In this document: one piece after another, positions 8,365 through 17,001 of the stretch | Layout: each line of letters opens with the position of its first letter | Numbering within the stretch: the first letter of the stretch is position 1 | NCBI GenBank assembly: GCA_947501605.1 | Contig: CANMWZ010000011.1 | Span: 26,005 to 90,004 of the forward strand | Origin: Planctomycetota bacterium | GTDB taxonomy: Bacteria; Planctomycetota; UBA1135; UBA2386 | Direction: 5' to 3' | DNA: 64,000 nucleotides | Notes under the pieces: model-generated | Seen by the model: only the letters and a program-made list of their open reading frames with translations | What the model was told of the DNA's origin: nothing | Database searches by the model: none | Position numbers and translations under genes: made by a program

Positions 8365-9125
8365 CAGCCGTGCACCTTGCCGAACTTGCGCACGCGGCGG
8401 CCATAGTCCCGAAACGCTTCGTGCAGCTGCTCTTTGCCGAAGTCAGGCCAGCACACGGGCGACACATGAATCTCGGCGTAGCTGATCTGCCACAGCAAGA
8501 AGTTGCTGACACGCAGTTCCCCGGCCGTGCGAATGAGCAGGTCCGGATCCGGCAAAGTCGGTTGGTAGAGGCGGGCGCTGATGGTCGCTTCATCGACAGC
8601 CTCTGGGGCGAGCGAGCCCGCAGCGACTTCGCGAGCGATCGAACGCACCGCATCGGCAAGCTCTTGGCGGCCACCGTACGAAATCGCGAGGCACAGCCTC
8701 ATGCCGCTGTTGTCCGCCGTCAACGCCATCGTCTCGTCGAGCAATCGGAGGATGTCGGAGTCCAGGCGCTGCCGGCGACCGGCATGCAGGAGGCGCACGT
8801 TGTTCTGCATCAGCGTCGGCCGCTCGTCGACCAGAAAGCGACGCAGCAGACCCATCAGCAGATTGATCTCGCGCTTGGGGCGCTCCCAGTTCTCTTCCGA
8901 GAACGCATACAGCGTCAGCGCCTCGACGCCGAGCTGGGCGCACTCCGTCACTGTCGTGCGCACCGAGTCAGTACCCTTCTCGTGGCCGCGAATGCGCTCG
9001 AAGCCGGCACTGCGCGCCCAGCGGCCATTCCCGTCCATGATCACCGCAACCGAACGCGGTACGACGAAGTCCGAGGCGGCGCGGTTGCCGCCGTCCGCCG
9101 GATGGCTGCCGGCCTTCTTGCTCAC
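8364..9125 (-). CDS. uppS: Isoprenyl transferase (undecaprenyl-diphosphate synthase family)
   Basis: VAVIMDGNGRWA, LTLYAFSEENWERP and RTAGELRVSNFLLWQ. GTG start at 9125 overlaps the purA stop (GTGA). Its TGA overlaps the cdsA ATG by 1 nt (TGATG). Confidence 0.9.
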   Translation of the reverse strand: MSKKAGSHPADGGNRAASDFVVPRSVAVIMDGNGRWARSAGFERIRGHEKGTDSVRTTVTECAQLGVEALTLYAFSEENWERPKREINLLMGLLRRFLVDERPTLMQNNVRLLHAGRRQRLDSDILRLLDETMALTADNSGMRLCLAISYGGRQELADAVRSIAREVAAGSLAPEAVDEATISARLYQPTLPDPDLLIRTAGELRVSNFLLWQISYAEIHVSPVCWPDFGKEQLHEAFRDYGRRVRKFGKVHG

Positions 9126-10393
9126 CTGAGGATCACCTGGTGCCGCTCTGGACCGACCGAGATCGTCTTGACCGGAAGGCCGGTGTGCAGCTCGATCGCC
9201 TGGATGTAGCGCTTTGCCTGCGCCGGCAGGTCCTCGAAGCGACGCACCTCTCGCACATTCTGCGCGAAGCCCGCGAAGGTCTCGGTGATGGGCGTCGCCG
9301 TCTCCAAATCGAAGGCACAGAAACGGTCGGTCTCGCTGCCGTCGGGGAAGCGGTAGCGGGTCACCAGTTGGAAAGAGTCGAAACCGGACAACACATCAAG
9401 GTTGGTGACCACGAGTTCGTCGGCGCCCGAGAGCTGGGCTGAGTAGCGGACCGCGACACTATCGAACCAGCCGATGCGGCGCGGACGACCAGTGGTCGAG
9501 CCGTACTCATTGCCAGCCTTGCGCAGCCGCTCCGCCAGTTCGCCCTGCAACTCGCTTGGAAACGGCCCCTCACCGACGCGAGTCGCGTAGGCCTTCACAA
9601 TGCCGACCACGCGCATGCCATGCGGCGGCAGGCCGGTGCCCGAAAATGCGCCGCCGGTCGAAGCGTGCGAGCTCGTGACGAACGGGTAGGTGCCATGCTC
9701 GACGTCGAGCAAACATCCCTGCGCACCTTCGAGGAGAATGCGCTTCCCTTCGGCGTGAGCGACGCGGAGGAGGTGCCCAGCGTCGACGATGCCCTGGCGC
9801 AGTTGCTCACCGGCCTCAACCAACTGCGGAAACAGCAGTGCCGGCGACAGCGACGGCAGACCCGCACCAGCGAACAGCGGGTTCTTCTCCGCGCACAAGC
9901 GGTCGATGCCGGCGCGCAGTCGATCCGGACGGATCAAGTCGCCCATGCGCAGGCCGATGCGATTGCAGCGATCCGCGTAGGCCGGGCCGATGCCGCGTCC
10001 GGTCGTGCCAATGCGGCCCTTGCCGCGCGCCTGCTCGTGCCAATGGTCCTGGACGCGATGCGCCTCGAGGATCACGTGCGCGCGCTCGCTGATCAGCAGG
10101 TTCTGGCCCAGCTCGATCGGCAGCCCACGCTTTTGCACGCCCTCGATTTCCTTCACTAGGTGCAGGGGGTCGACCACCACACCGTTGCCGATGACGTTGG
10201 TAACGCGCCGGTGGACGATGCCCGAGGGCACGAGGTGAAGGACCATCTTGCCGCTGGGCAGGATGAGCGTGTGGCCAGCGTTGTGACCACCGCCATAGCG
10301 GACGACGTAGTCGGCCTCGGCAGCGAGGAAGTCGATGACCTTCCCCTTCCCTTCGTCACCCCAGAGGATGCCTACGACGCACGTTGTGGACAT
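9122..10393 (-). CDS. purA: Adenylosuccinate synthase
   Basis: GILWGDEGKGKVID and YGGGHNAGHTL. Start is taken at Met63 (ATG 10393) because the conserved N-terminus begins MSTTCVVG. Confidence 0.9.
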   Translation of the reverse strand: MSTTCVVGILWGDEGKGKVIDFLAAEADYVVRYGGGHNAGHTLILPSGKMVLHLVPSGIVHRRVTNVIGNGVVVDPLHLVKEIEGVQKRGLPIELGQNLLISERAHVILEAHRVQDHWHEQARGKGRIGTTGRGIGPAYADRCNRIGLRMGDLIRPDRLRAGIDRLCAEKNPLFAGAGLPSLSPALLFPQLVEAGEQLRQGIVDAGHLLRVAHAEGKRILLEGAQGCLLDVEHGTYPFVTSSHASTGGAFSGTGLPPHGMRVVGIVKAYATRVGEGPFPSELQGELAERLRKAGNEYGSTTGRPRRIGWFDSVAVRYSAQLSGADELVVTNLDVLSGFDSFQLVTRYRFPDGSETDRFCAFDLETATPITETFAGFAQNVREVRRFEDLPAQAKRYIQAIELHTGLPVKTISVGPERHQVILR

Positions 10394-10511
10394 GGAAGAT
10401 GGCGGCGAAAAGGCGGGCAGCATAGAGAGACGGTGGGCGCGGCTCCACACCTGGACTTCGCCGTCTGTGGAATCGCAGGCGGCCACGCCCCCATCGAGCG
10501 ATCTCTTCGCC

Positions 10512-11657
10512 ATGCACGAAGTCGTGGACGAAGACGAGCGCCGGCGACAGGCGCTGGCATCCCTGGAGTGGTTCACCACGAGGCTATTGCGAGGTCAGCT
10601 CTGGCGTAGCAATCGCTGTCGATTTCGCTCGGCGCCGTTGCGACAGCAACTGCTGGTTGAAGTCCGACAAGAACTGCTCGTCGACTGCCTCACGCACGTC
10701 GATGCGGTGCTGGCTTTGTCGCCGCCGGAGCGGCATCGACGGTGGTTCCGATTCGTCGAGCGCTGGATCTACCACGAACTGCGCCGCGGCGAACCACTGC
10801 CCGAGCACTTCGAGGCGGCCATGCACGATCCCGCCGTGGAAGCGCCGCGGGTCGAGGTCGCGCTGCCACGGGAAGCCGTGACGGACACCGAGCACCGAGC
10901 CGCGACGCTGCGGAACGGCCGCACGAACGTCACGGCGACGGCACACGCAACGGGCTTGACGAGGCCCCGCGTGCGCGCGCTGTGGGCCCACATCGCCGAT
11001 CAACTCGGCTATGACGCGACCTTCCTGGGCTTCTGGCGGCGGCGGCTCGCCGAGGCGCTGACAGGGCTCGCGTGCGACCTGCTGCGCGACCGCGATCAGG
11101 TTCGGCTCCTGCCTCGACCGCGGCGACGACCCGACCCGCAGGCGCGCCTTCGACGCATCCGCCAGATTCTCGCCGTGCTGGCGGTGCGGCCACTGCCACA
11201 CGAGATCCGCGTGGCGATCGCAATGGCCAAACTCAGGCGCGGAACACGGTCGGTCCGCCCGATCGGCCTGTTGGCCGCGGCGGAGCTGCTCGCTGGCGGC
11301 TGCCCGAAGATTGCACTGTGGCGCTTCGAGGCCGCGGTCGCCGACCACGAACTGGCGACCGCGATGCGCGCCGTCGTCGCCGCCCGCGACTACGGCGCCG
11401 ATCCTGTGGCCATCGTGCTAGCCCGCGCCAAGCTGCTCGCAGTTCGAGGCCGGATCGGGGCGGCCGGTTGCTTGCTCCACCGCGCCCGAGCACGCCAGCC
11501 GCACGACCCGCGCCTCGACCTGGCAACGCGATCCGCCGGCTTCGATCAGGCGCCGAGCGCACGCCGAAGCGCGTCGCCGAGTTCCTCCTCGAGCCGCACG
11601 TCGGCGCGGGGAGCGGACCAGGACGGTATCGAAGCGAACATGGCGAAACCGAGGTAG
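10512..11657 (+). CDS. Hypothetical protein (weak sigma-factor-like / HTH and helical-repeat features)
   Basis: Longest ORF in the region (10335..11657), with GC-rich third codon positions where sampled. Contains WFRFVERWIYHELRR and an HTH-like segment TATAHATGLTRPRVRALWAHIADQL. Start is uncertain: 10392 would collide with the purA ATG, so 10512 is chosen. The 3' end overlaps the convergent gene by 112 nt. Confidence 0.35.
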   Translation: MHEVVDEDERRRQALASLEWFTTRLLRGQLWRSNRCRFRSAPLRQQLLVEVRQELLVDCLTHVDAVLALSPPERHRRWFRFVERWIYHELRRGEPLPEHFEAAMHDPAVEAPRVEVALPREAVTDTEHRAATLRNGRTNVTATAHATGLTRPRVRALWAHIADQLGYDATFLGFWRRRLAEALTGLACDLLRDRDQVRLLPRPRRRPDPQARLRRIRQILAVLAVRPLPHEIRVAIAMAKLRRGTRSVRPIGLLAAAELLAGGCPKIALWRFEAAVADHELATAMRAVVAARDYGADPVAIVLARAKLLAVRGRIGAAGCLLHRARARQPHDPRLDLATRSAGFDQAPSARRSASPSSSSSRTSARGADQDGIEANMAKPR

Positions 11658-11944
11658 CGAACTTCGACGACGCAAGCAACCGAGGTCCCCTCACGGAAGA
11701 GCGTCACCCGTTGCTGGCTCGCGACGTCTGGATTGGGACCCGCTACCCAGTCGGTCTGGAGCCGGAACGCTTGCGCATCCTCGACGACCAGGAACCGGTA
11801 GCGGCCGCGAATGAGATCACGACATCGCGCGTAGCTGTCCGCAGGCAAGCCCTGGGGGAGATCAACCCGCAGTGGCTGGTAGGCGGGAGTGGCACACGCA
11901 GACAGCACGAGTGAAACTGCGACGGTAGCGCTACGCACGGCCAT
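11546..11944 (-). CDS. Small lipoprotein, unknown function
   Basis: Start at Met88 of ORF 11546..12205. Signal and lipobox [17 protein letters not shown]. Globular-looking sequence runs to the stop. Overlaps the 3' end of hyuB by 14 nt. Confidence 0.5.
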   Translation of the reverse strand: MAVRSATVAVSLVLSACATPAYQPLRVDLPQGLPADSYARCRDLIRGRYRFLVVEDAQAFRLQTDWVAGPNPDVASQQRVTLFREGTSVACVVEVRYLGFAMFASIPSWSAPRADVRLEEELGDALRRALGA

Positions 11945-13499
11945 GGCCTCCGCCGCCGGGCGTCTGCACGACGATGCGTTCGCCGATCGCAAGTTGCAGG
12001 GACACCTTGCTGGAAAGCGCACGCCGCACGCCGCGGACATTCTCGATCGCAAGCGCGCCGGGCGCGCCGCTACCGCCGCCCATGGCTCCAGGTGGCCCGG
12101 AACGATGGCGGTCGCCGAGAAAGGTGACCGACATGGGCACGAGGGCTTCGACGATCTTCTCGATGCCGTCACCGCCGGGGCGCCGACCGCGCCCGCCAGT
12201 GCCACGTCGCACCGTGAGCGCGAGCACCCGCACCGGATAGCGATGCTCGGTTTCTTCGACCGGCGTGTTGCGCGTGTTCGTCATGTGCGTCTGCACCGCC
12301 GAGCGACCGGCGCGCAGCGGCCCGGCACCGGCCCCGCCTGGCAGAGTCTCGTAAAAGGCAAAGTCGCGGCCGCGCGCATCGACTCCGCCCATCGACAGGT
12401 TGCTCATGGTGCCGGCCGAGCACGCCGGAACGACGCCGGGTCGCGCCTTCCCGAGCGCGGACAGGCAGACGTCGACGAGGCGCTGGCTGGTCTCCACGTT
12501 GCCGCCAGCGACCGGCGCGGGTTTCTTCGGATCGACGAGCGAGCCGGGCGTGGTCACGATCTCGAACAGTCGGAAGAGACCGTCGTTGGTCGGCATGCGC
12601 TCCGGGCACAAGCACCGCAGGGCATACGCACAGGCCGCCAGCACGACGCTCCGGTTTGCATTCACGCCACCCTGCGCCTGCTCGCAACTGCGCGTGAAGT
12701 CGAACTGCAGCATCGCGCCGCGTCGCCGCAGGCGCAGATCGATGGTCAGCGGGCCGTTGCCCTGACCGTCGTCTTCCAGCGCATCCCGTGCCGCGAACGG
12801 TCCGCGACCGAGGCTCGATAGGGCTGCTCGTCCTTGCGCCTCGGTGTAGTCCATCAGGTGCGAGGCGTAGCGACCAAGCTCGGCCCGCCCCCAATCGTGT
12901 TGCATGGCCAGCAGCCGGTCGCGGAGCCGTTCCAAACTCGCCTCTTGGGCTGCCAGGTCAACTTCGCGCTCATGGCTGCCGCGCACATTGGCGAGCAGCA
13001 GGCGCAGGATCTCGCGATTCGGTTCGCCACTGCGCCGCACCAAAACCGGCGGGATCACAAGGCCTTCGCCGTAGAGATCGCGGGCGATGCCCATCGAACC
13101 TGGCGTTGCGCCACCGATATCGGCGTGGTGCGCGCGACTGCTGACAAACCAGTCGGGCGTCCGGCGCCCTGGAGCGAAGACCGGCGCCACCATCGTGACG
13201 TCAGGAAGGTGCGTTCCGCCCTGGTACGGATCGTTGAGCACCGCGACGTCGCCGGGACCGAAGTCGATCGCGGCGCGCGCGGCGCGGACGGCATCGGCCG
13301 CGCTACCGAGATGCACTGGGATGTGTGCAGCCTGTGCCACCAAGCGGCCCGCACGGTCAAACACCGCGACCGAGAAATCGCGGCGCTCGCGAATGTTGGG
13401 ACTCACGGCACTCTGCTGCAGCAGCAGACCGGCCTCTTCGCACATCGCCGCCAGAAGGTGATGGCAGATCTCGAGCCGTACCGGATCTGGGCGCTTCAT
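11931..13499 (-). CDS. Hydantoinase B / oxoprolinase family protein
   Basis: [24 protein letters not shown] and the hallmark [13 protein letters not shown]. Start is taken at [11 protein letters not shown] (ATG 13499). Confidence 0.85.
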   Translation of the reverse strand: MKRPDPVRLEICHHLLAAMCEEAGLLLQQSAVSPNIRERRDFSVAVFDRAGRLVAQAAHIPVHLGSAADAVRAARAAIDFGPGDVAVLNDPYQGGTHLPDVTMVAPVFAPGRRTPDWFVSSRAHHADIGGATPGSMGIARDLYGEGLVIPPVLVRRSGEPNREILRLLLANVRGSHEREVDLAAQEASLERLRDRLLAMQHDWGRAELGRYASHLMDYTEAQGRAALSSLGRGPFAARDALEDDGQGNGPLTIDLRLRRRGAMLQFDFTRSCEQAQGGVNANRSVVLAACAYALRCLCPERMPTNDGLFRLFEIVTTPGSLVDPKKPAPVAGGNVETSQRLVDVCLSALGKARPGVVPACSAGTMSNLSMGGVDARGRDFAFYETLPGGAGAGPLRAGRSAVQTHMTNTRNTPVEETEHRYPVRVLALTVRRGTGGRGRRPGGDGIEKIVEALVPMSVTFLGDRHRSGPPGAMGGGSGAPGALAIENVRGVRRALSSKVSLQLAIGERIVVQTPGGGGHGRA

Positions 13500-13640
13500 C
13501 GCGGCGCGAAGTCTACGCGGAGTGGCGGCGCGCGCGCAGCACCGAACCAACGCGAACAACCGGAACGAACACGGCCACGCTCACCAGATCGGAGAACGCG
13601 GCCGTGTTCGCCAGCGAGTGTCGCTCGCAGCAGTCAGCCG

Positions 13641-14510
13641 TTAGATGCCGCCGCCACCGCCCGCAGCACCACCGCCACCGCCACCGCCACCGCCCGCAGC
13701 GTTACCGCCGCCGCCCGCGCCACCCGCGCCGCCGCGGCCGCCGCGGCCGCCGCGCTGTGGCATTGCCTCGCGGATCTTGTCGAGTGCCTTCTGCGCGTCC
13801 TCCAGCTTGTCGGCCTCGAGTGCCGTCTTCAGTGCCGCGACGTTCTCCTCGATGGCCTTGGCGCCATCTGGGTTGCGCTCCTTCATCATCTCGACCATGC
13901 CCGACATGCGTTCGAGGCCGCCCTTGAACTGCTCCAGTTCGTCGGCATTCATCTCGGTGAGCTTCTTGCTCCCGAACATGCTGCCGCGCTGACCGCGTCC
14001 ACCGGCGCCGCCAGCGCCACCTTCACTACCGGCCTGTTCCATGCGGCGGATCTGCCGCTCGAGCCGTTCCACCGCGGCCTGGTCGCCGGATGCCTTGGCC
14101 TCTTCGAGTTGCTTCTTGGCCTCCGCGAGGCGTGCGGCCATGTCGCCGCCGCCTTCACCGCGCGTGCGACCCTCGCCTCGCCCTTCGCCCCGGGCTTCGC
14201 CTGCTGCCGTCGGCGCCGGTGCGGCCACCTTGCCCAGCACCTTCTCGTACTTCTTGGCGAAGGCGGTCGCGTCTTCCGTCTTGCCAGCGCGCGTCAGCAA
14301 CTCGAATTGGAATTGTGCGGCGCGGCCGACCAAGGGGTGATCCGGTGCCTGCTGCAGGAACTTCTCGTAGAGGGTCATCGCCTCAGGAAAGTTGCGTTCG
14401 CCGTTCTGCAGCCAATAGGCCTTGTGGAACAGCGATTCGGCGGCGGCGGGATCCTGCGCGCAGAGCGGCAGGGCGAGAGCGAGCAGAGCAGCAGTGAAAC
14501 GAGTCATCAT
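13641..14510 (-). CDS. Secreted protein with helical/coiled-coil body, RGE/G-rich linker and poly-Gly/RGG C-terminal tail
   Basis: Signal peptide MMTRFTAALLALALPLCAQD (ATG 14510/14507). Internal GEARGEGRGEGRTRGEGGG. C-terminus QRGGRGGRGGAGGAGGGGNAAGGGGGGGGGAAGGGGGI. Confidence 0.6.
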   Translation of the reverse strand: MMTRFTAALLALALPLCAQDPAAAESLFHKAYWLQNGERNFPEAMTLYEKFLQQAPDHPLVGRAAQFQFELLTRAGKTEDATAFAKKYEKVLGKVAAPAPTAAGEARGEGRGEGRTRGEGGGDMAARLAEAKKQLEEAKASGDQAAVERLERQIRRMEQAGSEGGAGGAGGRGQRGSMFGSKKLTEMNADELEQFKGGLERMSGMVEMMKERNPDGAKAIEENVAALKTALEADKLEDAQKALDKIREAMPQRGGRGGRGGAGGAGGGGNAAGGGGGGGGGAAGGGGGI

Positions 14511-14751
14511 GAAGGTACTCCAGGTCGGGCAATCCGACGGCAATGCGTCGGAAGATAGGCCCACCGCAACGGCAGCTACAGCCACTACCCACGTAAAGGA
14601 AGTGTCACCTTCCCCTGGTCCGCGTCTTCTCGGGCATGCACCAGCCCAGTCAGACCAACTTCTCCCCGCCCGCGACTCCGCCCTGGATTCCTTGCCCCGC
14701 TCCGCGCCGATCGCCGCTTGGTGGCCGCCGAGGTCACGTCATTGTGACGAC

Positions 14752-14868
14752 TGGGGCAACTGGGCTAACTGGGCTACCTGGGCTACCTGGGCTACCTGGG
14801 CTACCTGGGCTACCTGGGCTACCTGGGCTAACTGGGCTAACTGGGCTAACTGGGCTAACTGGGGCCGC
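14752..14868. repeat. 9-bp tandem repeat TGGGCTA(A/C)C, 13 units, intergenic
   Basis: Unit order: tggggcaac, tgggctaac x1, tgggctacc x6, tgggctaac x4, tggggccgc, read directly at 14752-14868. Lies between the metalloprotease stop (15091) and the start of the Gly-rich protein gene (14510). Confidence 0.95.
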
Positions 14869-14964
14869 CCGAAGTGCCCCTTGCCCGCCGGGATCCCAAG
14901 GGCGCAATCGAATGCCGCCCGCCTGCGACGTGCCGACCGACCCACCGCCGGTCTGAGTCGCAAG

Positions 14965-15006
14965 CCAATCGCGACCGGCCAATCGCGACCGGCCAATGGC
15001 GCGAAG
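14965..15006. repeat. 14-bp tandem repeat ccaatcgcgaccgg, about 2.5 copies
   Basis: Exact copies at 14965-14978 and 14979-14992, then a diverged third copy ccaatggcgcgaag. Confidence 0.85.
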
Positions 15007-15090
15007 CCCGTCGCGGGCGGGCCGTCGCCATCGACCCGCTCGCGGCCTAGCTCGCGGGGCGCCGAACGACGCCTCGCAACCGCGGTTCTG

Positions 15091-16875
15091 TCAGTTGAAG
15101 ATCAGCGTCGAGCTGATGCCCGAGCTGCTGTAGCCCGCCAGGTTCGCAGCCGTGTCCAACTCGACGATTTGCGAGTAGATGCGCTGGCCGGCAAAGGTGT
15201 TGGCTGGCACCAGCGTGGTGTAGCTGCCGAGCCCGTTGGCGGCCGCGAGCAGCCCAAACGTGAGCACGGTTGGACTGTCGATGATCGAGAGCCCGAGCAG
15301 CGGCGACGCGGTGCCGACGCTGCTGATGGCGAGCACCCACAGGTTGTTGCGTGTGCCACCGAACGACCATGTGAGGTTGTTGCCGCCGAGCACAGCACCA
15401 CCTACCGACAGCGCCACTGGCAAGGTGTCGATAACGACAAGCGATGCTTGATTGCTGGTGCCGGCAGAGTTGGTCGTCTGCAGGCTGACGTTGCCGATCA
15501 CCGTGCCGATCGGAGGGTTGAACTGCAGCGTCGTGTCGTTGGGCGTTGTGAACCCACTCAAGAGCGTGATCGCACCGACCTGTAGCTGCGTGGTACCGAG
15601 GAAGCCCTGACCGGCGAGGGTGACCGTGCCCGGCTGGAACGACTTGACGGAAGCGGGAGTGACCGAGGTGATCTGCGGTTGCACCGGCTGCAGAGTCAGG
15701 CAACCGACCGAGTTGGTGAAGGCGATGATCTGGTTGCGTTCGTTCGGACTGAACGTGGTCTGCACGTTCTGACAACCGCCGACGCCCGAGCACATGATGT
15801 AGCAGGGGGCCACGGCATCGCAGTGCTGGGCGCTGAAGTTGTGCCCGATCTCGTGCGCGGTTACGGCGACGCGGCGCGTGAAGTTGGTGGTCCAACGTGA
15901 TTGCGACACGCCGTAGGCAGCACCAAGATTGCAGATCGTGGACACGTAGGCGATACCGATCGCGCCGCCGCTTGCCTGCCCCATGTTGCGGCCAGTGAAC
16001 AAGTGCGCGACATCGCGCGCCGTGCTGCCGTAGTTCGCGTTCCAATTCGATTGGAACTGACCGAGCAGAGTGCCGGCAACGCTCGAAGTGTAGGGGTTCG
16101 TCGTCGACGACGTGTTGACCAGGATGGTGGCCACCGTGAACGTCAACTGGACGTCCGCTTGGTAGATCGCATCCATGGCGTTGATCACGCCGGTGATGTC
16201 ATTCTGCGTCGCCGTGACGTTGCTGCCGTTCAGTTGGTAGTACTGAAAGTCTGCTTCACAGGCGAGCTGGGTGATGCGCAGCACGTCGAGCCCGATCGGC
16301 TCGGGGACCGGAGCCGCCAAGCTCCCTTGCACGCCACAGACCCACGGCAGGTTCTGGTTGTCCGTCGTGCGATAGACGATGTGCAAGGCCGCTGGCGCCG
16401 TGGGCTGCACTTCGCGCACCGGCTGAACCGCCCACTCATCCCCGTTGCTGGCGTGAACGACTGCCTGAACAGCATCGCCGACGACGGTCGCCGCGACCCA
16501 ACTGTTCGGGTCTTCGAGCATCGTGCCCCGGTAGGTGACGCTGGCCGGGCGCGGCACTTCGCGCACGCCGTTCGCATCGAGCGCCAGCAGGCGGAAGTTC
16601 GGCGACCGCACGTCATGCGGCCTCAGCACGATGTGGCACACTTGCCCGGCGAACTCGACCTGCACGGCGATCTCGCCGTTCTGCACCCGAACCGGCTCGA
16701 CGTGTTGCACAGTGGCGGCCGTCACCGCAAAGCCCTGGAGGAGGACAGGCGGCGCCGAGTAGGGTCGAGAAATCGCCTCCTGGCTCGCCGCCGGGACCGC
16801 GAGGGCACCGAGCAACAGCGTGGCGACGAACGACGAAACGGCTCGGCAGCCGGGCGCGGGGAGAGTATGCGTCAT
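15091..16875 (-). CDS. Secreted reprolysin-like (M12B-type) zinc metalloprotease with IPT/TIG-like domain and shared C-terminal module
   Basis: Signal peptide with AVPAASQ. Zinc site HEIGHNFSAQH (HExxHxxGxxH). Ig-like segment PQITSVTPASVKSFQPGTVTLAGQGF. The C-terminal roughly 100 aa resemble the C-termini of the proteins at 46094..48082 and 58847..60712. Confidence 0.8.
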   Translation of the reverse strand: MTHTLPAPGCRAVSSFVATLLLGALAVPAASQEAISRPYSAPPVLLQGFAVTAATVQHVEPVRVQNGEIAVQVEFAGQVCHIVLRPHDVRSPNFRLLALDANGVREVPRPASVTYRGTMLEDPNSWVAATVVGDAVQAVVHASNGDEWAVQPVREVQPTAPAALHIVYRTTDNQNLPWVCGVQGSLAAPVPEPIGLDVLRITQLACEADFQYYQLNGSNVTATQNDITGVINAMDAIYQADVQLTFTVATILVNTSSTTNPYTSSVAGTLLGQFQSNWNANYGSTARDVAHLFTGRNMGQASGGAIGIAYVSTICNLGAAYGVSQSRWTTNFTRRVAVTAHEIGHNFSAQHCDAVAPCYIMCSGVGGCQNVQTTFSPNERNQIIAFTNSVGCLTLQPVQPQITSVTPASVKSFQPGTVTLAGQGFLGTTQLQVGAITLLSGFTTPNDTTLQFNPPIGTVIGNVSLQTTNSAGTSNQASLVVIDTLPVALSVGGAVLGGNNLTWSFGGTRNNLWVLAISSVGTASPLLGLSIIDSPTVLTFGLLAAANGLGSYTTLVPANTFAGQRIYSQIVELDTAANLAGYSSSGISSTLIFN

Positions 16876-17001
16876 GGGAGTGCAGGGAGACGGGCGGGCC
16901 CCCTGATCCTAGCCTAGCCACTCCCAGAGCGCACAGGCCTCATCCGTGCCAGTGCGCCGATTGGGCACCGATTGGGCGCCGACATCCCGCTGGCACGGCA
17001 A

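Noticed and set aside
12834-14558. 574-aa plus-strand ORF spanning hyuB and the Gly-rich protein gene
   Set aside because: It lies antisense to two genes with clear family motifs or a signal peptide. Its product is Arg/Ala/His-rich with no motifs. This is a typical GC-driven shadow ORF.
14752-14868. Possible CRISPR array
   Set aside because: The units are 9 bp and directly abutting with no spacers, and there are no cas genes. It is a simple tandem repeat.
14636-14956. 106-aa ORF encoding a collagen-like (GLP/GLT)13 tract
   Set aside because: The G-x-y tract is simply the 9-bp repeat read in one of six open frames. There is no signal peptide, no convincing start context, and the flanks are Pro/Arg-rich. 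It is kept only as an alternative hypothesis under the repeat finding.
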